Source of the DNA: the human T2T-CHM13v2.0 reference genome, Homo sapiens
Assembly (NCBI RefSeq): GCF_009914755.1
Contig: NC_060936.1
Strand: one strand, 5' to 3'
DNA: 64,000 nucleotides
This document shows positions 54,161 through 64,000 of this stretch, in pieces (the stretch's first letter is position 1; every line of letters starts with the position of its first letter). The notes beneath the pieces were generated by a model. That model was not told where the DNA came from. It searched no databases and worked only from the letters and a program-made list of their open reading frames with translations. Position numbers and translations under genes: made by a program.

Positions 54161-54650
54161 GTGCCAGCAGGCCAGGTGCGGTGGCTCACGCCTGTAATCC
54201 CAGCACTTTGGGAGGCTGAGGTGGGTGGTTCACCTGAGGTTGGGAGTTCGAGACCAGCCTGACCAACATGGATTAACCCTGTCTTTACTAAAAAAAAAAA
54301 TTAGCTGGATGTGGTGGTGCATGCCTGTAATCTCAGCTACTTGGGAGGCTGAGGCAGGAGAATCATTTGAACCTGGGAGGTGGAGGTTGTGGTGAGCCGA
54401 GATTGTGGTGAGCCAAGATTGCGCCATTGCACTCCAGCCTGGGCAACAAGAGCGAAACTCCATCTCAAAAAAAATATATATATATAAATAAATAGTACCA
54501 GCAAAAGTACCAATGATGGTTCTCATTGGTCAGGTCTGAATCAAGTGTAGGAATGGGGGCAGTGTGGGCAGTTGGGAATCAGCCTCACTTGAACCAGCTA
54601 AGGCTGGTGAGTGGTGGTTTCCTGAAAGGGATGTGGAGCAACCGAAAAAT
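53845..54650 (-). mobile_element. MLT1J/K-like LTR with inserted AluS(+) (54170-54490)
   Basis: 'gagtttattggctcat', 'ttcaggcatgtctggatc', 'tctcattggtcagg'; Alu TSD aatagtgccagca/aatagtaccagca. Confidence 0.65.
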
Positions 54651-57600
54651 CAGGAATTATACACCATAATACCTATTTATGTATTTATTTATTAGATGGA
54701 GTCTCGCTCTGTTGTCCAGGTGGGAGTGCAGAGGTGCGATCTCGGCTCACTGCAACCTCTGCTTCCTGGGTTCAAGTGATTCTCCTGCCTCAGCCTCCTG
54801 AGTAGCTGGGATTACAAGCGCCCATCACCACACTCAGCTAATTTTTATATTTTTAGTAGAGACAGGGTTTCACCATGTTGGCTAGGCTGGTCTTGAACTC
54901 CTGACCTTAGGTGATCTGGCTGCCTTGGCCTCCCAAAGTGCTGGGATTATAGGTGTGAGCCACCACGCCCTGCTGATAATACCTGTTTATAAAAAGAGGA
55001 TTTAAAAGCAACATTAGGAAATATTACTAAGTTGAAGTTCTAATACTATTTTTTAGATTATGAAGTTATTTTAGGGCTAAAGGTGAAAAGAAACCAGGCC
55101 ATTGGGCAAGAAAACATGATGATAGACATTAAAAAGTTACTTGTAATTGAACAATATTTGTTAGAATTATAATGCTTATTCTTGATGTTACTCTTCCTCC
55201 ATTTCTTGATCTCATCACTGCTTAGATTCTCCAAAATCTTGCTTCATAAATTTGTCCTGTTTTGCAGCTTAATCTTGTCTTTTATTTTTTTCCCCTGCTC
55301 CTAAGGAACCCCATTCCCCACCTCCCTAAACAAATCAACAAGCCTTTCAATTCTACTGCTTTTTATACCTCCTCTTCTTATATTCATTGGCCAATTGTTT
55401 AAAGTCATCAGTGATTTCCTTAATCATCAAATCCAATGAACTTGGACCCTCCTTGATGGCTTGCTGTCTCTGTAGTATTTGACAATATTGACAGAACTTT
55501 CCTTCTTGAAACCCGGAATCTTAGTTCCTATGAAACCCACTCTCCTGATGTTTCTCTTAGCTTTCTGATGACTTTTTCTCTGTTTACTTTGTTGGTTTTT
55601 CTTCTTCACCTTCTTTATATGTGGGTGATTCTCAAGGTTCTGGCTTCAAACTGTTTCACTATTCACTCTTTTTTTTTTTTTTTTGGCAGTTTCAAATACT
55701 TTCAAAAGAAGGGTATACACTTTTTTTTTTTTTTTTTTTTTGAGACAAGAGTCTCACTCTGCTGCCCGGGCTGGAGGGCAGTGGCTGCCTCCCCTGCTCA
55801 AGTGATTCTCTTGCTTCAGCCTCCCATGTAGCTGGGATTACAGGTGTGCGCCACCACACCCGGCTAATTTTTGTATTTTTGGTAGAGACGGGGTTTTGTC
55901 ATGTTGGCCAGGCTGGTCTCAAACTCCTGACCTCAAGTGATCCACGTACCTCAGCCTCCCAAAGTGCTGGGATTACAGGTGTGAGCCACCACACCCAGCC
56001 TACATCTTCTATTTAACTGCTTCTGATCAGTTCCTCTCCCAACACCTGTGTGATCTAATCCTAACTGTCCACTATCTAGAAAGACAGAGCTTAACTTCTT
56101 AACTTCTTCTAAAAAGATCTTTCCCTTCTGAATCCCATGGTACTTTTTTTTTTTTAATGGCACTACTTTAAAACTTGCATTAGCTCCTTATGTGTTAAGA
56201 CTTGTCTTACTTTCTGGCCTATAAAGTCGCTTTTCCTTTTTCTTTTTTTTTTTTTTTAAGGAGATGGGGCCCCTGCTCTATAAACTTCTTTAAGAAGATT
56301 TTCTTCTTTTTAAACTTTTATTTTAGGTTTGGGGGTACACATGAAGGTTTGTTGTAAAGATTATTTCATCACCCACGTATTAAGCCTAGTACCCAATAGT
56401 TATTTTTTCTGCTCCTCTGCATGCTCCCACCCTCCACCCTCAAGCAGACCCCAGTGTTTCTTGTTCCCTTAAGATTTTCTAATTCAACTCTGCATCTCCT
56501 ATACTGTAAAGCACAGTGTTTTGTATTTTTTCATTTGTTTTTTCAACATACATAAGCACTGACTATGTATTGTGCTAGGAGCTGGGTAAGTGGTTAAAAA
56601 AAACCCCGTGCTTTCTGCCCTCAGACAGTTTAGAGTCTCGTGAAAATACATATTGTGATATATAATCAATAAAACTTTATTGAAAGAATGAATCTTACAT
56701 CTTAAACTCCTTTTTCATCTTCTTTCCCCAAACTCCTGACCTACATTCCTGCGCCCTTTCCCCTGATAAATCCCACAGATTTCTCAAATCCAGCAGCTGA
56801 ATTGGATTCATGTGCTATGGATACACATAAATAAGTTTGCCCCATGTTCAAGAAACTCACAATAAAGCACCTTCTCTCCCCAAACCTTCTGCTGATTTTA
56901 GTATCAATGTTACTAACTCCTTCTTATTACCAAGGGGAAATCTTGGTATTCTTTTTGACTTCTTCCTCTTTTTCATATTTAATTCTTTAATTCAAGCAAT
57001 TATCCCTCTTGTTGAGGTCCTTTCACCTATAGCAGAGGTTGAAAATTAGTGACCCACAAATTGTATCTAGCTAGTAGAGGTGTTTTGTTTTGTATAATAT
57101 TATCAAAAATATGATTTTCCTGTTTCTCCTGAAAAATCAGGCAACACTGAGTCCTTATTTTTGCAAGAATTGGCTGGAGTTTTAGATGGGACAGCTCAAT
57201 CAACTCTAACATTCCAATCTCTATCACTCCTTGCTTTTGTCACATTCAGTCCATTTCCTCACTTATGAAACTTTCTTAGTCCCTAATTTAGGCATCTGAG
57301 TTTGCCGTCTCTGGCCTATATGATCATAGACTGTCAGTAGTGGAAGAGATATTAAAAGATCAACTCGTCTAACAGTCTCCTGCTTCCTCTCCCCACTCTT
57401 TAAGAGACGGAGAAATGAGGTCTAAAGAGCTTACATTACCCAATCAATTTCATACAGCTAATGTGTAACAGGATTCTATAATATGCCATTAGGCCTCCTC
57501 CCTCATACGGATCATGTTAAACTTATATTTTCCCTTTGGTTTAATTGCTAGGAACCTCAGAGCCCAATTTGTGGCACCCCTCTAGTAAATACACGGACCT

Positions 57601-58580
57601 TTTGGTATGAAGTTTTGGGGTATTAATATACCCCTGGCTTTATTTTGTTTTCCAATTACCTTTACCTCAGTTTCTCTTCATCATTTTCTCCTATTATAGT
57701 GTGTATTTTTTTTCCCCAAGCATACTCAATCTTTTGTGAAAGAGGTACATCCGTACAGGCGTAAACTGTCGGGCTGTATTGTCTGGCTCCCAATTTCTTT
57801 CTTTCACTGTCATTCTGCTTTGGCTACTCACATTCTCTGTTTTCCTTGACAGCCAAACTTCTTGAAAGAATTGTCTTCACATGCTGTGTCCACTTCATCC
57901 TGTCTTTTCAATTCACTGTAAACAGATTTAAAGCCTTCAATGCCTTCTTTGTTGCTATGATATTAATACCAAAATTATATTGTATTCATCCATATATGAA
58001 GGACACAAAATGGTTTTCCCTAAATTATCTCAACTATGAAAAAATATGCAGAGAAAAAAATTAATAGGTAATGCATGAAAATGTTACTTCTGGGTAGCTG
58101 GATGACTGGTGAGATTTATTTTCTTTTAAAAATTTTCCACAGTTTTAAAAACAAGCGCATTAGAACACATCCCGATGTAAATTAGAAATTCTCAACTTAC
58201 ATTTTCTAAAAGGAGGCAGAAAACTAGAGAAGCGACAGTGAGGAGCCACTGGGCCACACTTCATTTCACCTTAAGACTGACTCAGAGAAAAACAAGAGGG
58301 TACGACTCAGATCCCCGGGGCCAGCAGCAGGGCCGCGGGGCACGACTGGATAACCGCTTGTGAAGAAAATTTTAAGAGAGCCCTCACGACCCTTTAGCGC
58401 ATCCTAAAAGACCTCTGAATATCTCTGCCTCTCCCGCTAACGGCTCCAAACCGCAGATAACGGTCAATCGCCTCCGGTTGTCCTGGTAACAGCCAGCAAC
58501 CACAACCCTGCCTGCGTAACTCCTCCCAGAACACCGTGCGTCTTATCGCTTCACTTCCGGGTTCGGAGGGCCGACTTCTT
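53850..58580 (-). ncRNA. GIHCG: lncRNA, probably GIHCG (LOC100506844)
   Basis: CpG/ETS promoter at ~58.55 kb; minus-strand donors AAT|GTAAGT (58201/58200) or AAG|GTGAAA (58270/58269); acceptor ttatattgcag|G at 54101; minus-strand AATAAA at 53905-53910. Size (~4.7 kb) and distance to ATP23 match recalled annotation. Internal exons not resolved. Confidence 0.62.
54675..56000 (-). mobile_element. AluS(-) 54675-54972 and Alu(-) 55720-56000 with L2 remnants between
   Basis: Reverse Alu consensus; L2-like 'caaatccaatg...tttgacaatattgac...ccttcttgaaac'. Confidence 0.8.
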
Positions 58581-58630
58581 CCGGAAGTATCTGCCTGCCA
58601 GTCACCTGGCGTTTTCTGGCTGTGTGGCTT
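58300..58630. promoter_or_regulatory. CpG-rich ETS/RFX promoter
   Basis: CACTTCCGG (58552), palindromic CTTCCGGAAG (58578-58587), X-box-like GTTGTCCTGGTAAC (58477-58490). Confidence 0.8.
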
Positions 58631-58892
58631 TACTAGACAGAATGTGGCGTATTGTTGGGCAGGGCCCTGAGGACCCTTTTGTTGTTTCCCCCCCGTTTAA
58701 CAGGACTGGAAAGCTAAGCAAAGGCTTTACTCTCACGGAATTGGATGAATTGGACGTTAGTTTTTAAAAAGCCGAAGGGTACATGTTAGCTTTATTTAAC
58801 CATTCCACAATGTATATATATTTCAAAACATGTTTTATACTATAAATATAATTTTTATTTGTCAACTAAAAAACAGCATTAAGTGTTAAAAG

Positions 58893-59337
58893 CTGTTAAG
58901 TCAGAATATAGAGATGAATCTTTGAAATTAGAATGCTTTATTTGGGAAGAAAATAGTAATTTGGGGCATATATGTAGACTGGGGTGGTCTTCGGGATGTC
59001 TGAAGAGTGAAGAGGTTAGAGACTTTATAAGAAGGAGAAATGTTACGTATTGGTCTCCAAGAGAGTTTATTGGCACTATTAATGTTTTGGTGGGGTTGGC
59101 AAACTGATTGCTGAGTGACGGTGGTGGGTAAAATTAGTCTTAGAATTGTAGCAGACTGTCTTAGTAGCCTTTAGATTAAATTGGTTTTAAGTGTTAGCAG
59201 GCAGTTTCAGCAGCCAGGCCTGTAGAGAATTATATTTTTCAAGTGATATTTGTGACCTGAATGTTTTTTCCCTCTGGCCTCTCCACTCTTTAACTGGTAT
59301 GACAAAAGTGACCCGATTTATATGATCAACTTTCACA
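58893..59337 (-). mobile_element. ERV1-type solo LTR (MER72-like)
   Basis: Minus strand begins TGTGAAAGTTGATCATATAAATCGGGTCAC, with AATAAA near its 3' end. Family tentative. Confidence 0.6.
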
Positions 59338-59622
59338 GCTGACAGGTGGTAAACTCTTTACAATTATATGTAATTTATTTGTTACTGTGATAGATTTATA
59401 CAATTTTAAATAATTTAGTTCCCATTAAAAAAGCAATTATTTTTGCTTTAGAAAATGAAGGCCAAAAAAACCCCCAAAACACAAAACCTCCAAATCCTAC
59501 CCATTTAAGGACAACCAATGTGAATACTTTGTAGGAGTCTTCCAGACCCTTTCTATGAATTATAGTAAGTACAAATTCAAAATGGAATCATACTGTATAT
59601 GCTAGTTTGGAACTTAAAAAAC

Positions 59623-60125
59623 TTTTTTTTTTTTGAGACAAAGTTACTGTGTTGCCCAGGCTGCAGTGTAGTGGCCCGATCTCGGCTTACTGCAACCTCT
59701 CCACCACCTGGGCTCAAGCAATTCTCCTGCCTCAGTCTCCTGAGTAGCTTGGGATTATAGGCGGCGCCACCACACCCAGCTAATTTTTGTATTTTTAGTA
59801 GAGATGAGGTTTCACCATGTTGGTCAGGCTGGTCTCGAACTCCTCATCCCAAGTGATCTGCCTTCCTCGGTCTCCCAAAGTGCTGGGATTACAGGCATGA
59901 GCCACCCGCGCCCAGCCTGAATTTTTTTTTTTTTTGAGCTGTTGTCTTGCTCTGTCGCCCAGGCTGGAGTGCAGTGGCGCGATCCCAGCTCACTGAGGCA
60001 GGAGAATTGCTTGAACCCAGGAGGCAGAGGTTGCAGTGAGCCGGGATGGCGCCACTGCACTCCAGCCTGGGCGACAGAGCAAGACTCTGGCTCAAAAAAC
60101 AAAAAAACAAAAAAACAAAACAAAA
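59623..60125. mobile_element. AluS(-) 59623-59918 followed by a head-to-head pair of Alu 3' fragments
   Basis: Reverse Alu, then poly-T + reverse 3' end fused to a forward 3' end + A-tail. Confidence 0.9.
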
Positions 60126-60831
60126 CACCCAAAAACTTTTAATGAACATATTTTGTTTAAAAAAGACACTTAACATGGTTGTATATATTCCATTATACCT
60201 CTTGTTGGATATTTAAACAATTGATGTCTTCCCCTGCCGCCCCTTTTTTTTGAGGAGGAGGTGTCTTGCTGTATCACACAGGCTGGTCTTGAACTTCTGG
60301 GCTCAGGCAGTCCTCCTGCCTTAGCCTCCCAAATAGCTATGATTACATGCCACTGGCCTGGCCATTTTTGCTCTCAATTAGTGCTGCAATGGAGAAATGA
60401 AAATCCTTATAGCTAAATCTTTGCCCTTGCTCTAATTTCTTTGTGGTAATTCTTTTTCTTTTTAAAACTCATTTGTATTTGCTGTTCATTATCTCTTCCT
60501 TAATGTGTTTTTATTCCATACCTATGTCTTTATACTGTATACAGATGAAGTTACACATGGCATCCAAAGCCCACTTGATTTTTTAAAGTTTATTTTTCTG
60601 ATTATAAAGGTAATACATGCTTATTGAGGAACATTAGAAAATTTCAGGAGAATGTAACAAAAAAATTCCAATACCTAGACAACCATTGATACTGTGGTAT
60701 GAATTTTTTTCCATCTGTTTCTTCAACAATGAGTATTGAAACAGTTTTAGCTAATTTAGTAAGGAAATGTTGCAGCTTTTGGTTTGTACGTTTTTACTTA
60801 TTCCTGTAGCTGAAGGGTATTGCAAATAGTA

Positions 60832-62420
60832 TCCAGAAATAAAGCCACATACCTACAACCAACTGATCTTAGACAATGACAACAAAAACATATAATGGGA
60901 AAAGACACTCTATTTAATAAATGGTGCTACACAAAGTGGATAGACATGCAGAGGAATGAAACTGCACCCCTTTCTTTCACCATATACCAAAATTAACTCA
61001 AGATGAATTAGAGTTAAATTTAAGACCTGAAACAATAAAAACCCTAGAAGAAAACCTAGGAAAAACTCTTGTGGAGATTGACCTAGGCAAATAATTTATG
61101 AGCAAGTCCTCAAAAGCAAATGCAACAAAAACAAAAACAGACAAATGAGTTTCATTAAGCTAAAAAGCTTCTGCATAGTAAGATAAAGAATCAAATAACC
61201 TACAGAATGGAAGAACATATTTACAAACTGTGCATCCAACAAAGGACTAATATCCAGAATCTACAAGGAACTCAACCAGAAAAAACTAAATAACCCTATT
61301 CAAAAGTGGGCAAAAGACAGGAATAGACATTTCTCAAAAGAAGACATACAAGTGGCTAATAAACATGATAAACTTCTCAACATCACTAATCATCAGAGAA
61401 ATGCAGATTAAAACCACGGTGAGATACCATCTTGCACCAGTCAGAATGACTATTATTAAAAAGTCAAAAAACAACCCGATATTGATGAGAATTCAGAAAA
61501 AAGAGATTGCCTATACACTGTTGGTGGGAATGTAAATTAGTACAACCTCTGTGGAAACTAGTATGGAGATTTCTCAAAGAACTAAAAATAGAACTACCAT
61601 TTGACCCAGCAATCTCACTACTGGCTACCCAAAGGAAAACAAATTGTGACTGGGTGTGGTGGCTCATGCTTGTAATCCTAGAGCTTTGGGAGGCTGAGGC
61701 AGGAGGATCACTTGATGCCAGGAGTTTGAGACCAGCCTGAGCAATATAGCAAAAAACCTCCATCTCTACAAAAAATTAAAAAGTTAACCAGACATGATGG
61801 TGCATGCCAGTAGTTCTAGCTACTCGAGAGACTGAGGTGGTAGGATTGCTTAAGCCCAAGAATTCAAGGCTGTGGTGAGCTATGATTACGCCACTGCACT
61901 CCAGCCTGGGTGACAGAGCAAGAACCTGTCTCTGAAAAAGAAAAAAAAAAGAAGAAATTGTTATGACAAAAAGACAAAGACATAGAATCAACCATTAACC
62001 TAAGTGTCCACCAACAGATGGTTAAAGAAAATGTGGTTATGCATACACCACGGAATACTATGCAGCCATAAAAATAATGAAATCATGTCTTTTGCAGCAA
62101 CATGGATGGAGCTGGGGGCCATTATCCTAAGTGAAATAACTCAGAAGCAGAAAATCAAACACCCCATGTTCTCACTTATAAGTGGAAGCTAAAGACTGAG
62201 TGCACGTGGACATACAGAGGGGAATAATAGACACTGGGGACTCCAAAAGTGGGGAGAGTGGGAGGGGAAGGGTGAGGGTTGAAAAATTAACTATTGGGTA
62301 CAATGTTCACTGTTTGGGTGATGGGTACACTAGAAGCCCAGACCTCACCACTACACAATATATCTGTATAATAAACCTACACATAAACCACCTGAATCTA
62401 TGTATTAAAAAAGAAAGCAT
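60832..62420 (+). mobile_element. L1PB/L1MA ORF2 3' region and 3' UTR with AluJ (61649-61955)
   Basis: 'ccagaaataaagccacatacctacaaccaactgatc', 'ttctcacttataagtgg', 'actattgggtacaatgttcac'. Confidence 0.9.
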
Positions 62421-63479
62421 GAAAAAAATCCAAATAGTATTTCAAATGTATATAGGCTATGGTCCATTTCTAGGCATATCTAGCCTGCCTTCAGTATTCC
62501 AAACTAATCACACTGAATTGTAATGGCTTAGTTTTCCATATGTGTGTTTTAGTTCAATAACTGGATTGAAAGCTAGTTGTGTGGTCCTAGATAAATTATT
62601 GAATTTTGCTGAGCCCACTTTATCTGCAAATTAGAGATAATACTTACTTTGCAGGGTTGTAGTGAGGATTGGAAATAATGTATCCAAGGTGAATTTAATT
62701 AAAAAGTAGTTACTTTTTTTTTGACTTCTGGCTTTAATAGTCTATGTACATAGGAGTTGTTTGTATTTTTATAATATTCCAGATGAATGACTATCCTAGC
62801 ATCCCACTCAATTTAGATATTGAGCATCTATGACACATAAAGCACTGTTCATAACCCTAAAGGCCTGCTGAGCCTATATTTTTCAGATATGTTTCTTACA
62901 TAAACCACATGCTGCTCTTCATCTTTAGCAATTTTCTTAGTCATGTGTTTCCTCAGTCTCTTACACCTTGCCTGGCCCATCATAGTAGGTGCTGAATAAA
63001 TGTGTGAGCTGAGTGGAATAATTTAGTAGGAAAAGAGAAACACACAAATTGGATAAAACCTGGCAGGCTACGATGAAAATGATTAACAGGTACAAAGTGC
63101 TTTGTACATTGGGAGATCAGGAGACATTAATTTTGATTAAGGTATCTGGGAATGCCCTGTGGAGTAGGCAGATTTGACCTGGGCCCCAATCATAGGGGCT
63201 GAGGCAAGGAGCTTAAAGATGGAAATGACAGTATGAGTTAAGGCTGAGAGGTAGAAGTAAACAGGGTGCGCTTTGTTATCAGGGAGTTATTGGTGGGGGG
63301 TGGGGCAGAAGAGTAGGGTAAACGAATGGGTACAGGTGGGAAGAAAAAATGTAGTTGGTTCCTACATTTTGAGGATTTTGATGTGACTAGTCATTCTTTA
63401 TAGTTTTAAAACGTTTCTGAAAAACACTGCTTTCAATATGGCCAGAGGCATCTTTGGGCAGAGTGGATCTGAGGGATGG

Positions 63480-64000
63480 CAGGGGTCGGGAAAGTGGCGG
63501 GCCAGAAATGACAACTGGCTTGCCCCGGAAGAAGGCAGGGAGTGGGAGGATGGCCGAGACCTTCGGCGGCACAAGAGCAGTTAGTGGCCAATATTCGCCC
63601 CGAGGTGAGGAAGGAGTGTCTGCGAGGAGGCGGGACACCCTTAGAGCTCAGCAGGCAGCAGGAAGCTGCAGAACAACGCTTATAAAGACATGTCACCCAC
63701 ACTGGGAGGGCAGCAGCGAAATCCGCGGCAGCCGGGTTGTTACAGCCTTTGAGGGAAGTCGCAAGACCCAGCTCCGCCCAACAGCATCGGGCCCCGCGCC
63801 CCGCCCCATGCCCTCGCCCCGCCCCTCATCCCTCGCCCCGCCCCTCGCCTCTCGCCCCGCCCCTCGCCTCTCGCCCCGCCTCCCGCGCTCCCCGTCAGGT
63901 TCAAAGCCCCCTCCCGCCTAACGTCTTCAGCCCAGCCAGGCTGCCCTTCTTCCCTGCGGAGGGAGGGCCTGGGCGGTCGCGTTGGCGGGAGGGAGGTTAC
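63480..64000 (+). promoter_or_regulatory. ATP23: CpG island promoter and start of the 5' UTR of ATP23 (CDS lies beyond the window)
   Basis: CpG island with many GC boxes; terminal sequence GGCGGGAGGGAGGTTAC recalled as the ATP23/XRCC6BP1 mRNA 5' UTR. Confidence 0.72.
63797..63884. repeat. ~19 bp GC-box tandem repeat (about 4.7 copies)
   Basis: cgccccgccccatgccct / cgccccgcccctcatccct / cgccccgcccctcgcctct x2 / cgccccgcctccc. Confidence 0.9.

Noticed and set aside
63387-63921. ORFs in the terminal CpG island as ATP23 CDS
   Set aside because: None contains the ATP23 N-terminus as I recall it (MAGAPDERR); the start codon should lie just beyond the window.

Overview
Primate (almost certainly human) intergenic DNA. 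No protein-coding exon is supportable, and nearly all ORFs in the track are Alu, L1 or simple-repeat read-throughs. The last bases (...GTTGGCGGGAGGGAGGTTAC) match my recollection of the ATP23 (XRCC6BP1/KUB3) 5' UTR. A second CpG/ETS promoter lies ~5.4 kb upstream, with a minus-strand terminal exon and polyA signal ~4.7 kb further on, which fits the lncRNA GIHCG. This would place the window on 12q14.1 between CTDSP2 and ATP23; the assignment is from memory and should be confirmed by BLAT. Contents: three CpG-rich promoters (~18.7-19.5, ~58.3-58.6, ~63.5-64.0 kb), about 45 Alus (many nested), old L1/L2/MIR fragments, MaLR/ERV LTRs, hAT and Tc1/mariner MITEs, and a ~690 bp (GGGATAT)n minisatellite. 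The most unusual signals are fossil template-switch structures visible directly in the sequence: a 281 bp foldback with an amplified tip (26.3 kb), a 153 bp templated insertion with a snap-back (41.4 kb), a 35 bp insertion matching a neighbouring LTR (44.0 kb), and a head-to-head Alu palindrome whose arms share private variants (59.9 kb). There is also a chain of strong plus-strand exons, one carrying a Tigger-transposase-like remnant. I see no firm evidence for a novel multi-gene system. Repeat family names come from recognising consensus sequences and need RepeatMasker/Dfam confirmation.
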